A stretch of DNA of 64,000 bases from Balanoglossus misakiensis (Eukaryota > Animalia > Hemichordata), in assembly GCA_040954595.2 (NCBI GenBank), contig CM082583.2, forward strand, positions 5,268,849 to 5,332,848, in the 5' to 3' direction. Made by a program: the position numbers and the translations under genes. Numbering within the stretch: position 1 is the stretch's first letter; the number at the start of each line of letters is the position of its first letter. Below, in pieces: positions 25,720 to 38,912 of this stretch. The notes under the pieces are model-generated. The model ran no database searches, was not told the DNA's origin, and saw nothing but the letters and a program-made list of their open reading frames with translations.

Positions 25720-26769
25720 TTTTTAAATATATCTGTACGTTTGTTCGGTGCTACTTGCGTCCAATCATGAGTGGACTGAGGTTGCTGATTGGTTCAAGTC
25801 ACCTGGACTAACTGGACATGGAAATTTCTGTCTACCATTGGGCATTTTCGTGAAAGACGGCAACGCAGCACGTTGCCGTTGTCTTCATTTTGGTGCGGAG
25901 CGCAGAAAATATCGCAGGCGGTTATTCTGAGGCGCAAATTCTCACCTTGACAGTTTATACCCACCTTTTTAGGACTACATGTATCACGTACGATGCTTTA
26001 TGGTCATAGCGAAGTGGATTTCATAAGAGGAATATCACACACCAAAGAAAACAAATTAGTCTTTTTGAGGTTTAATTGGCAGAATGACCTCGAAAAGCAA
26101 CAAGTCAGTCTACAGGCTGCAATTGATGAGTCAAGACCGTGTTTTACCGGTTGCTGCAAAAAAAACAAAAAAACAAAGCAGGAATAGCAGTAGCGAAGTC
26201 ACAAACATTTGTTTCTGTAGCCAGTCGCATTCTCTTCTATTGAACGACATTAATGAAATTGAAAGGGGAATACTAGTACTCGGCATTGCATATTTCGAAA
26301 AGCGACGTGGACGCATGCGTCACCGTCATGTAAATTCTGACGTCATGCCTAATTGGTTCCAGTGGGAACGAGTATTAACATAAATTATATATTCATGATT
26401 TGAGGAACGTCTGCCAATCACTGCGACTATCTCCACTATCGAGCGGGAGCATCATTAATAAACAAAACCATCTAATTATAATAACAGGTTTTGTGTACAT
26501 CGATAGGTTTCATTCAGCAGTAGGCCTACGCTTTATTGTGAACAGGATCCTGAATTTTATCGTCTGGGAATCAGCCAGATGGTAAAGGGACACTAAGTTT
26601 GCCAAAGGGATTTTCAAGTTAAATCATATTTCACCAAGAAGCGGTTTCTATAGCGGTCCTTTCCTCGTTAGAAACCGTTGCCAACCGTACGCGTGACGTA
26701 GGGCCGCGCTTGACTTGGAGATCGTCTCCCCGTGTTATCTCTCTCGGATCCTCCGTGACCGCGACCAAG
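25720..26769. promoter_or_regulatory. Putative bidirectional promoter region between the Nkp2-like gene (-) and the PAM-family gene (+)
   Basis: Head-to-head ATGs about 1.05 kb apart; CCAAT/ATTGG boxes near 25761-25792; full CRE TGACGTCA at 26338-26345; YY1-like AAAATGGCGGC over the minus-strand ATG. Motif-level evidence only. Confidence 0.45.
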
Positions 26770-29700
26770 ATGGCAGCCGTCCTCAGACTCGCCGCTTCAA
26801 TCGTGGCTATTTTCATCGCCATCCAAACTTGTGACGCGTTTTCTTTGAAAAACTGGCCGGAGGAGAGCGGGGAGGAGGATGGGAACTGGGCAACCGAAGA
26901 AGAAGAAGAAGACACCATAGCTGAGCATTCGGGGATCGTTTCTGTGAGCGTTCAGATGCCGAACGTCGAGCCGCTTGAGGTGAGAAAACACTTCGTACAG
27001 CTCAACAGGAAAATGTTAAACGTAGCACGTATATATATATTGCAGGCTCGTATTTTTAAGGAAATCACATTGCTATTTTGATACATTTGAAATATTCTAA
27101 CCGTTTACACACAAAAACATATGTTTTAAAAAATATATATTACCAGCTGCCCACTTGAGCTGAAGATATTAACAAAAATCGATTTTACACGCACCGTAAT
27201 TTACTGATTTTATATTGACAGACGAAAATTTCACATTAACGTCGCCATGATCACGCTTCCACACCCCGGCCCAGTGACGTTGCTTTGATAAAATTACAAT
27301 TATTTCATATTATGCTGTCAGTACGATTACCACGAGTCGACTAAACAGATGAAAAGTCACGTCGTTCATTGAGTATAGCTGGCTGCCATGTTTTCTCTAT
27401 ATACGACACCTACGAGTATAGGCTTATTGCGTGCATATGACACGGACGTTGTTTGAAATCAAAATAAAATATAAAACCGATTACGCCTAAGTCATGTAAT
27501 TAGTTTACCTTTAATACATGCAGCATCAACGTGACCGAGTTTTCGATTCTATGGTTATAATTTTAATTATACAGAGCTGATGATCAGCAGAGACATTCGC
27601 CACAACGTCAGCAGTGACGTTTGAATTCAGCGTAAAGGTCAGCTGTGAAGCCTCCATAGAAAGAAAAAAATCATCTGTACTCAGGCGTACGATTATAATA
27701 TAAACCAGTCTCCGTACTTGCCATACAAACCCAATTAACACAGCCGAATTTGTTCAATGAAGCCATCTTAATTGATATCAATAAATCACGTGTCAATTTC
27801 CGTTTCATGATGTTAGTCGATTTTTCCTGTACTCTTGTGAAATTTCGAAAGCACAATGCCATATTTCCCAGCTGTCTGTACGAGCCTTGATATCATGGTT
27901 TAGCTATGTGATGAAACGCATGCGAGCGTGTGCGTTTGCATGTGCTAGCGATATAGGTGTGTATACATGTAGGCCTACCCGTATGACGCACGTTGAGCGT
28001 GGAGGGAGGGGGGTCGCTTTCGTCTAATTTTAATAAGTATATGGTCGATCTAGACTGACAAGAAAATCCATCAACAAGCCACAAATTACGTCAATTTGTC
28101 GCCCAAAATAGAGTCGCTCGACTGTTATCAACGTGGAGGAGATTGCAAATCAAACACCATCAAGTAAACTGCCCTTCCGGCGCTTGTCAGCAAATTTGAC
28201 ATGTTCTTTTCAGCCAATGCCATGGCATTGTGGAAGGGCGCCCATGACGGTCGTTTGCACTCTGAAAACGCAATTATTTGTCAGAAGATGTAAAATCGCA
28301 ACTCCGGGGACAACGTTGCTCTCAGTAGTTGAAATTGTGCGCTATACCGTACGCACGTATATAATCTTGGCGTCAAAGCACGTCTTTATGAAAACTCACA
28401 ACGTCTGACCACCAGTTTTTGTAACCTAACCTAAAAAACACCTTGTCGTTCGATCTATCACATCCACCAGTGTCTCAGCTGTTCTGAACTTGGAAGGAAT
28501 GGGGCGTTTAAAAATAGAGGCTTATTAATAAAAAGCAGCAGCGGCTGCAGTGGATTCGTAAAGACAGCACAGGTCGCCATTTACAGATCAGAACCTTCAG
28601 TAGAATTTGGGGGGAGGGGGGTACAGCAACCTTGGGGGCAGCCTTAGCCGATCAAGGGAGAGATGTTCGCGATTGATCAGTAGGTTAGGGGTCTCCAAGC
28701 TGACAGTTGACTCTCCTCTCGACGTCACGGATTTCTCAATTTCCCGATTTACTTTACATAAGCGGATGCAAGTCACAGCGGATACACAGTCAACCTTTAT
28801 CTTTCACATCACATCATATATCGCCATGGCAACACTGCGCTACTTCCACGGCTTGTTTGACAATGTCATTTTCGCCGTGTTAAAATTTCACCAACGATTT
28901 TTCAGTATCAAATCACCACAATTATTGCAGCTTCGGGTGTAAAAATAGTCGAGTGATTGTGAGAAAATGAGAAAAATGAGGGAACAAGAACTGTGGTCAC
29001 GACAGAAGCGGTTATAGCCAAACAGAGACGGCAAGCATGCTTCCTCTCGGGCAATCTCTGGCGCGCTCGATTTCGCGCATTTTTATGACACGTTTTAAAA
29101 AAAGCTTACAGAACGTTCCATTGTCGCCGTTTACCGTCAAGAATTTATCATAATTTCAGTCTACTCCGACAGGATCGAAAATTTACATTCAGTGAAGCAA
29201 GGAGCTTCCTGTCAACAGGCTACATTCGACATCATTAAAATTAACGCAATTTTCCATCAATTTACGCCAAATGTTGAACCACAACTCCTTGCAATGAGAC
29301 CGGGAATAGCTTGTTGGCAACTACCATATTGCCCGACGAAACGGAACACCTAAATTCGCTGATTAAAGGTATACGGTCACCTCCAATTTACATATCGCCA
29401 TATATAGTTGAAATGGCGTATTTGAGTGTTCTAAAGAACGCTTTATTTTTGCGTGTGCCACCCACTGAAAATCTGTGATTGGTCAGATCTCGTTTTACCA
29501 TGGTAACTGTGGCTAAATTTGTATAGGTGACCGTATACCTTTAAATCAAGAAACGCGAAAAGAAAACATCCGTAAGCATATGCCAGGGAACTGTAGATTT
29601 ATTGATGTAAGAACAAAAACCGCTTCTTGTTTTTTTCCCAGCGTCTCCGGCGTATAGCCTAGGTCCTCTCTCCTCCGAGTCATTGATTTACAAGTTTGTA

Positions 29701-32700
29701 AAAAAATCCTATGTTGGAAACGTCTGTTCCCGTGGCAACTCGTAATAACTGTTTTTATATTAATACGTGTATTAATCTCTCTAGCACGAAATACAGATCA
29801 CAGATACATTGCCATGGTTACGCCGTCGGTGCTGCTATGAATATTGATTATTCATGGCTGCACGAACCGAAAACCTCATTTCCAGAACGAGAACACATTT
29901 CTCTTTTCGTCATCAATATCGGTTGCATAAATATATACCCCCAGATAGTATCCTTGTATGATCACATACGTATATTGTGTGACTTATGAAGTAGCCTGCC
30001 CTGACTTGTGCATTTAAAATATGAGTTATTGCAGATCGCTACTTAACACGGTGGAAGCTTGTCGGTATGCTCTTGAAATAGCCAAGCGACAGAAAGTCGC
30101 TTATATTGCCAGAAATGGGAAAATAAACTGTGTTTGTTCAACTACGTTGCCTGGAATATTGATACCGCTTTTGCAAATAATTCCTCTGTGAGCATATTTA
30201 CAGTGCCGCTCTAATATTGCGGAGAAAAGTCAACTCAAATCTCCTAGTGACGTGCACATACTGAGGAGGCGTGTTTGCTCGTACTTGTCACGTGACCTCC
30301 AGGACTGGTGTTTCCAGTCTATGAGCCGTACACTACATATTTATGATTGTACTGGAACACTACACTGGATTCAATCCCGTTCTGTCCGTTTATCATTTCT
30401 TACACGATTCAATATGCGGCACGTGAATGTATATGTCTGTTCTGGTTGGCCAAGATTTATCAAAACGAAGTACACGTAGGCCTATATGGATATTTTTTTT
30501 ATTTTTTTAATGCACTTCCTATTCTCGCATATATATGAGATTATTCAATTTCGGGTTGATATTTCGGTGTGTAATACATAACATTATTATTTGTTTGTAA
30601 CTCAAGATCACGTTTTGATGTTGATTTCAATGATTATTACTTTTTTTACAGGACGATATGTATATATGTTCGAGTGTATCCTTACCGAAAGATCCATCAT
30701 ACATGGGTAAGTCTCATCCGTCGTGGGAATTTGTACCACAAGGCCAGACCCATATTTTGTACCCTAAAATTTCACGAAATCGCTCATTATCGTTTTGGAC
30801 TGCCTTATATCGCCGCAAGTACAGTGTTGTCATGGCAGCCAGGCAGTAATGGCGTAGTTCGCTTTCTGCACGAGAGAAACACACTATATATCACGCGCGC
30901 ACACACACACACACACCACGTCTTTTTGCATGACTTCACGTGAAAACTTGTACACAGTAACTGTAAACAACTTGAATTCCCGAATCGATCCGCTAATTCG
31001 TTTACAGGTACCAGAATTCCACCTCGCTTCGTTTTTATCGAATTTCGTGACGAGAAATTGAGTAGTCAATAAAGATCCTTATTTGTACAAGAAGAATGCA
31101 GGCAAGATGTGGTAAAGTGACTAGAATGCCATCTAGTCTCAGTGACCATTTGACATTCTCGCTGAATTGGTTAACATTCAGCAGCTGTGAATTTGGAAAG
31201 TGTTGGTGCTTTAAATATGCACAGGGAATCTTTAAACAGACGCCCGTCTTGCATCATTAGATTTTGGTCGACCTTAGTGCGTAATGAGTCGACGTCCTCC
31301 GTTTCTATTGAAATTTGCATTCCGTTAATATATTTCCTAGTAGATAAATCTGAACCTATAATGAATGGGGAAAAATCTTGAACATTCTCACTGCGACTAT
31401 GCACTCTGACATATTTCCGTCGTGATCGCGATTGTGACAGACATCCACTCGGAACACAAAGTGCAATTTGATGGATGCTTTTTACATGTCTGTCCGTACT
31501 GTACTTGTTTTCCGCGGAGAATAGTCATATATCCATAAAAAAAGCATATCTGCCGAGGTATACAATATGGCGGGGTGAGCGATTATACACCCATTACGGC
31601 AGGGAGATTGTATGATACTTGAAAGCTCCATAACGACGGTTTTGAGATAATCCGATGCCAAGCGCTGATAAATTACACACGGTCCACACGAATAATATCG
31701 CTAATCGCCACTACATCACGTGAAAATGCGACACAGTTCGACGGAACAGCGGACGTTTACTCTTGTCTCTGTCTCTCAATAACAGTGACTGGTCCATTCC
31801 AAGAGCTGAGTTTCACTCTGTCGGGTTGATTCAGTGCCTGTGCGTAATTTCCCCATCTCCATGGAAACAAACGACCTATGGAGAATTCCCTAGAGCAGGC
31901 TCCACGAGAAGTGCGCTGTTTGTTGGCATATGGGGTTGGCATCGATCACCGCGGGCTAATTATCTGATGTTGCCATCGATAGGCACGGCTGAGAGACAAA
32001 TATACCAGCCAAATTGTTACTCATTCGTGCATGTTTTCTTTGCGTTAAGGGAGTGGCCATAAATTGTTCAAGGCGGGCGTGGAGGAACCGATGTAGTCAT
32101 GAAGTCAGAATTTAAAAAAATCGTAGTGTCAGGGGATCGTTCTTTCTGATCTTAGCCGTGCTGCAGTAGTTTCTAGCATGACGCTAATAGCCTGCGTGTT
32201 TCTCTGTATGTATCATAGCTGAAGATCTTTTTCCAATATTTTGTCGTTTTTTGTCGCAACCTGTTGAACCTCTTTGGTAAGCAATAAAATTGGCGCAAAA
32301 TAAAGAAGGGTCAGTTGTCGAGAGGAAAACAGCAAAACAAAAAGCCACATCAATGCGTACATCGAACAAAATAATCCTGGTATCCGAGAGTGAACGTTGC
32401 CTTATACCGATAAAAAATCCGCTTATTAACACACATATGCTATTAAAGCCTCATTAAAGACCTCCCTAAAAGCACAACTCCTCTCTTGGGAGCCATCTTG
32501 TGAGATGGAAAGTAATTCACCTGCCAACGGGTGACCTTTCACCCCATGAATTCCTAATCACGCTATTTATTACCACTCGACGGTGCAATTGCGAGAAACA
32601 AATACCTGAGTCGGCGTGAACATGCATGCTTTCGCTGGTTTTCTTACTGCGACACAATGTACTGTTTTCTTTATTGATGATCGATCTGCAGGGAAAGGCC

Positions 32701-35700
32701 AGATTTATCAAGCTCCCCTCACCCTTTTCTCGTGTTTCTTCTTTTTCAGTCGGGATCATTCCTCTGATCAACTCCGATTCCGTCGATCGCATCACCCTGA
32801 TCGGCTGTCCCAAGTCCCAAGCCAAAACGGACACAGCGTGGTGAGATATTATTATTAACAATTGTGCCTGATTTCTCCGAAACGTTTACCACGATTCACC
32901 GATCATCTACAAAGTCTTATCGGATCTTTGCAAGGCGTGCAGTCACGGCGGCTTGTCTGGTTTTCAAATCTTTTGAACTTGCCAAATCGATGGGGAGTAC
33001 ACGGAGACATGAAATTGATGCCGGTATCCACAGAGATAAGATTATAGCAATCCCATATGCCGCCCATTGCCTACCGCTGTCAACTGATAAAATTCACAGA
33101 ATTTTGCATTTTTTTAATCAATGGAGAAAATGGTGAGGTACTTTTCAGTAGCAGTACATCAGATTCCCAGTCTAGGCTGATAGATAATACATGTTCATCC
33201 TTGCGCTTTGGTAACGGTGATAACATTATACTGTTGCTTAATAGAAAATATTTTGAGACGATATTAAATATATAATATACATAAGACGTTTTGGTAAAAA
33301 TTAATCAAGTTGTAAGACTTCTCACGCGAGGTTAAAACTCAACTTAGTGGTTACGCCATTCTCCAATACATACCTGACCCAAGTTTCCGATTTTAAGGGA
33401 TGTTAATCCAAATATTGACGGTGTCATGGTTGTAATTGACTGAAACATGTCCCGACTAAATGTATTTCAAGACAACTTTATCATTGTTTTCTTGTACAAA
33501 CTTATTAAGATCCATTATGCACGAGTGTCCATTAATGCACAATTCTGAGTGACGTCATTAAAAACACTCATCTGTGGGGAAAAAAAGCTATCTTCTCCCG
33601 TCGCCAAGGGTAACAGAACTGAAACTTTGAAGTGTCCCTACACACACCATCAGCAACAGGCAATTTGAGAACAAATGACTTAAATGGCCGACCACTCTCT
33701 CTCTCTCTGGTTAATGCATTTAGGGGATTAACACAAATTACTGGCGAGCTGTGTATTAGGGAAATTCGCTAAATGATCGGCCCGCCGTCTAATCGAATCA
33801 GACAATTCGGCTCCATTGCAGTACACGAACCAGGGCAATCGACACGGATTTGCTCGTAGAACTTTACAAACGACTCAACACGCATGACCGAATTATCAAT
33901 TTTTTTCTCTCGATATTTTAAGGATTTTTCCCAATTGTTTGAAATGTTCGGTAAAATTTACTAAATGTCATAAAAAATGTGTATTTCTTTCTGTCTCTTA
34001 GGTCTTGTTCTCCGGACATACCGGAAAGCGTGTGCGAGGGACCCACATTGGTGACGTACAAGTGGGCGCGCGACAGCTGTCCGAATTATCTCGCAAAGGG
34101 CGAGATTCTCACCGTCGGGGGAGAATTCATCAGGAACATGGTCCTCATGGTTCACTACAACAAAGGTATTTTAACGCAGCCGCAAACGCTAGTACACGCA
34201 CACCTATTAAAACTTTGATGTGGTGTGAATTTCATTTCAATTTGGTTTGGTATTCCGTTGCCCTTTCTCGCTTATTGAGACAGTCGGGGACGTAACTGGC
34301 TTCCCGAGGCAATAAAGTGTCAAGTCGATCACTTTTTACGTCAAGAAAGGTCTGTCGTGCTATTTTTCTTTTGACAAATTAACCTTGCTAACATTACGAG
34401 AACGGTAAAACGGGCATCTACGCCGGAAAATGAGGGTTGCCGGCCGCTACGGGCAAGTCGTGAAACTGAAACAAACCCATAAACGTTTATTTTCTTAGAA
34501 AATAAAACTCGAAATGATTAATCTAGAAGTGTTCCATACTGGAATTGGTTTGCTGTGACCTGTATATATATGTGTGTGTGTGATCTGTAAGAAGACATGG
34601 TCGCCATCCAATGCATTTATCTCAACATTGTCGCTTTGGACGTATAATTATAATTTAAATTCGATTATTCCCTATTTGTGGAAGAGCGAAACCGACATTA
34701 TTTCCAACCTGCTGCAAAGACGCACGTGTCCCCACGGGCTTTGGGGTAATGTTATTTCCAGTTACAATGTTTAGCATGTTCTGTCTCAAGGAGCTAGCGG
34801 CCACCTCGTTAAACTTTACAGCTGGTGGTTGCAATAATTTGGCATCACGTGTGAATAACTCATGTGTAACCACTGTACAGCCACTGACGCACATCAGCAA
34901 GTCGATGTTGCCCGATTTACTGATTTTTAACAATAAATGTTGATGTCTCTTTTTAATATCCAGCAGGGCACGACATTGATGATTCCGGACTAGTGCTGAA
35001 AATGATGCCAGATACTTTGTGAGTATGACTTATTTGCAGTTTACATTCGTTCTGGGTGGCTCTACATCTTTAGAAGTGAACCAATAGAGGTGAAAATGAT
35101 TATATGGACCAAAAATTTGTATGACAGTGCTCTGGTGGACACGAACAAACCAGTAATATTTTGCTGTCGTCTGCCACTCTCTCCGCCATAGCCCCAAGGA
35201 TGACGTCATGGTAATGATGAACTATTTCGGCGTCAGCGTCATGACCAACGCCTGTGACGAGGACGAAGAGCAGGAGCTTTTCCAGTATTCCGACGGCGGC
35301 GAGTCCCTGCAGTACGAGAGCTACGAAGAGTACCCGGATGAGCCGTCGGAAGAGTTAGAAGAAGCGGCCTTGGCTGGGGGTGAAATGTTTCACGTCACCG
35401 ACAGAAGTGACCTGACGGAGGTCGAAGGGTGGCCGAAGGATGTGCCGACTCTGAAGCTTGGACAGGTGGCTGGAATCGACACGGACAAGAAGGGAAATGT
35501 CTACATCTTCCACAGAGCAGACCGCACTTGGGGAGCGGAGTAAGCTCATTCCTTTGGCTCATACATGTCGAAGTTGTGGAATGAAGAGTCTAAGTTTCGC
35601 ATCATAGCTCTGGTTGCGTTGTGTGCATACGTTTTACTACCACAATCCAATGCGTTAAAAGATTTCAATGTGAGGGAGGCGCGCATCACTGCCAAATATC

Positions 35701-38700
35701 AATGATGTTCGGTGACATGATAAAAGGGAATAGTGCCATTTCATCTTCTAATTTACACGTTTTCCTGTATTATTGCAGTTCTTTTGATGATGGGAACGTC
35801 TATGTGGGCGAGAAGGACCCGATTGAAGCCGACGTCTTGGCCACATTCGATGCCGTCTCTGGCAAACTCATCAGAAAATGGGGCGGGAGGAGGTACGTCA
35901 GATTACATGCAAATATTTTGCATCATGCAAACATCGGATTTTGCGTCACATTCTTACGCCGGTATTGAATTGAAGTTGTTGAACGTGTTGATTGGATTTT
36001 AAGGTTTAGGATAGAATAGCTTGCAGAATGACTAAATTATACTGAACTATGAATGCTATTGCAAAACACCACTCAATATAAAGTTTAGAATTACTAGTTA
36101 AAATAAGACATTAGAGACATATCAATGGTCTTGTGGGACAAAACCGTTTGTCGCGTCCTACCCAATCTTTTTGGTTGTTATAAAGTCAGAGTTATAAATA
36201 TAAAGTCGGAGTTATAAATATTGAATTTTGGTGTTCTGCGTCACTTCTGAAAACATACTAGTACGAGATGTGTTAAATTCAAAGGAATGGATCCAGACAA
36301 CCAAATCGCGTCTTTTAGGACATTGAGGACCGTGTCGTTAGATTTTGACAACCGATCAAAACTCAAACGTCTGACGGCAAATCTTTCCCTCCCAAAAACC
36401 TACCAGATTTTTCCTGCCACACGGCTTGACCATCGACAGTGAAGACAACATCTGGGTGACTGACGTGGCCATGCACCAAGTCTTCAAGTATGCTCCAGAG
36501 GGCGCTGACACCCCGGCGCTGGTTCTCGGAGAGAGATTGGTGCCCGGCGATGACGGTAGTCACTTCTGCAAGCCCACCGATGTTGCCGTGGAGTCCAAAA
36601 CAGGAAATTTCTTCGTCTCTGACGGGTACATTTATTTTCATTTATATCATCAATGGCTTCCTAGAGAGGCAAACCAGACACAACAGACGTGGATGTTTTT
36701 TTTTACGGAACTTGATACTTCTCAACGCGAGTTTTTAAATTTCTGGTTTATCACATTTATTGAAATTTGTTGGTCCTATTGATTTGTTCCGCAAACTTTA
36801 TCTACATTTTTTTCTAATCCAAGTGGGCTATCCATTCCGTTTTTCAGATATTGTAACAACCGTGTGATGAAGTTTGCAGCCAATGGCATACTTCTCAACC
36901 AGTGGATCGGGGCACCAGAAGGTCCGTACCTGTTATCCCTGACATTCGCATGCGCATATCGGAAGCGCATATCACGTGACTGAATTGCCAACCATTCTGA
37001 AGAGAACAGGTTTTTTTCGGGCAGCGTAGATAAATAAACTGCTTTGTCATGAAATTCCTCGTATAAGAAACGTCAAGTTTACCGCGGTCCGGACCGTGCC
37101 TTTACTAAATTATTGTTGGTGGATCATTTTTTTTCACTTCATTTCTGTCTTCTGCATACCAGGATCAGAACCTCACACGTTCGCAGTGCCGCATAGCTTA
37201 GCGCTGGCTGAAGAACACCAGATGATCTGCGTGGCCGACAGAGAGCACGGCAGAATTCAGTGCTTCGACACGAACACATCGGAGTACCAGTTTGAAATTC
37301 GCCTCCCGGAATTCGCAGGAGCCAACAGAGTCTGCGCAATCAACTACGACCGTACAAAGGGTAAGCCTTATTTCGACTTTGTGTGTGATCATGCTAATAT
37401 GAAGTGTTTCACTCTGGCACTTTGACCATTCTTTAATTGATAGATGAATATTTGATAGAGCGACACTAGTTACAAGACTTTCTGTCTGCTTGGAAACGTC
37501 TTAGCTCTGCGTACAGGTCTGTGTGTTCCCGGCGTTACACGGCCTCCACCCACAGCCCTGCAAGGCGCCATAGAAAAAACTGGTGCTTCTGCGGTCCGGA
37601 TCCGGACCGCAGCTTTTTCGGCCGAAATTCGATTTTATCGAAGCAAAATCCTTTCCCTGTCTACTTCTGCCCCCTAACCGACTCCAAATATGATGCGATT
37701 AACTTGTCCTAACGTCCGAACCACTCGCGTTTGATTCATTTTTGTGTGTTTACATGTTGAGATCGCCATATTAAATATAAGGCTTACAGCGAGTTTATCT
37801 CCATGGGTAAACAAAAAAGTTTTAGAAAGCGAGCGGCTCGGACGTTAGGACAAGTTAATCGCATCATATTTGGAGTCGGTTAGGAGGCAGAAGTAGACAG
37901 GGAAAGGATTTTGCTTCGATAAAATCGAATTTCGGCCGAAAAAGCTGCGGTCCGGATCCGGACCGCAGAAGCACCAGTTTTTTCTATGGCGCCTTGCAGG
38001 GCTGTGGGTGGAGGCCGTGTAACGCCGGGAACAACACAGACCTGTACGCAGAGCTAGGAAACGTCTCATCTTGCATCACTATGACATGAAGAACAGTATT
38101 TTCAAAACATGTAGTCCGGCTCAGACGCGTTCAGTCAGTATCAACAAAACGTGTCCACACCAGACAATTGCACTAACACAGCCTGTAGGTCCCCCATCCA
38201 TACCTAGAAGCGTGGAATATTAACTTCTTCTTTCTCATATCCTCTGTCGGTCCACTAGGCGTCATCTATGCTGTCAGTTGTCCGACCGACGGCACGCCCC
38301 CAAGTGGCTTCACGATCGATTTCAAACAGAGGGCCCTTCTGGGGACTTGGGCGCCTGTCGAGGTAAGCGAAGGATACCAAAACGCTGAATGCCATTGTGA
38401 CCCTGGAAATCTATTTCCCATTGACAGTTAGAAAGTCCATTTTACTGGATTGAGTTGTGAAAAAATCTATGGGTCACTAAGCATTACACGTGTACATCAT
38501 AACGAAATGAAACGTTTTTCACAAATCATAGCGAAGAATAGTCTTTGTGTCACGACAATGATTCATTCTTTCGCAGAATTTCAGTGGAGCGTCAACCTAT
38601 AATAAACTATTCTCCGGGTGATGGTTTTCTTCAAGCCTTGGACTGTGATAAATTTCAATCATATTATAGGCACCGATGAAGTAATGGATGCATAGCTACT

Positions 38701-38912
38701 ACTGTAAAAGTTGCAATCGAACCGTTTCTTTGAATAACCAACCCGGCCTTCAATTTTCTCAACTGTAGGGTTTTGAGTTTCCACACGACGTTGCGTCCTA
38801 CCCAGACTCTCTCTACGGGTCCGGGGCGGTGTACGTCGGCGATATCGGCGCCAACAGACCGTGGAAATTTGAAGAGAGGAGCTTCAAACAGAAGCGGAGC
38901 CTGGTGATGTAA
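26770..38912 (+). CDS. Secreted PAM-family protein: degenerate N-terminal half of PHM, acidic linker, intact peptidyl-alpha-hydroxyglycine alpha-amidating lyase (PAL) domain; 12 exons
   Basis: Exons 26770-26979 (signal peptide), 30652-30706, 32750-32840, 34002-34165, 34964-35018, 35192-35539, 35779-35892, 36407-36625, 36848-36921, 37163-37360, 38259-38362, 38769-38912; phases consistent. PAL motifs: LGQVAGID...[56 protein letters not shown]-like motifs: MPNVEP, YKWARD, VGGE...LMVHY. No transmembrane tail. Confidence 0.88.
29367..29540. mobile_element. 174-bp Kolobok-like MITE in intron 1 of the PAM-family gene
   Basis: Perfect 16-bp TIRs AGGTATACGGTCACCT / AGGTGACCGTATACCT flanked on both sides by TTAA. 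TTAA TSD with purine-purine 5' ends is the Kolobok pattern. Confidence 0.8.
36181..36220. repeat. 20-bp tandem duplication (intronic)
   Basis: TAAAGTCAGAGTTATAAATA followed by TAAAGTCGGAGTTATAAATA. Confidence 0.85.
37502..38056. mobile_element. 555-bp non-autonomous AcademH-type element (MITE) in intron 10 of the PAM-family gene
   Basis: About 227-bp near-perfect TIRs starting TAGCTCTGCGT; 10-bp TSD GGAAACGTCT at 37492-37501 and 38057-38066; shares CCTCCACCCACAGCCCTGCAA and CCATAGA.AAAACTGG blocks with the autonomous element's TIR. Confidence 0.92.
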
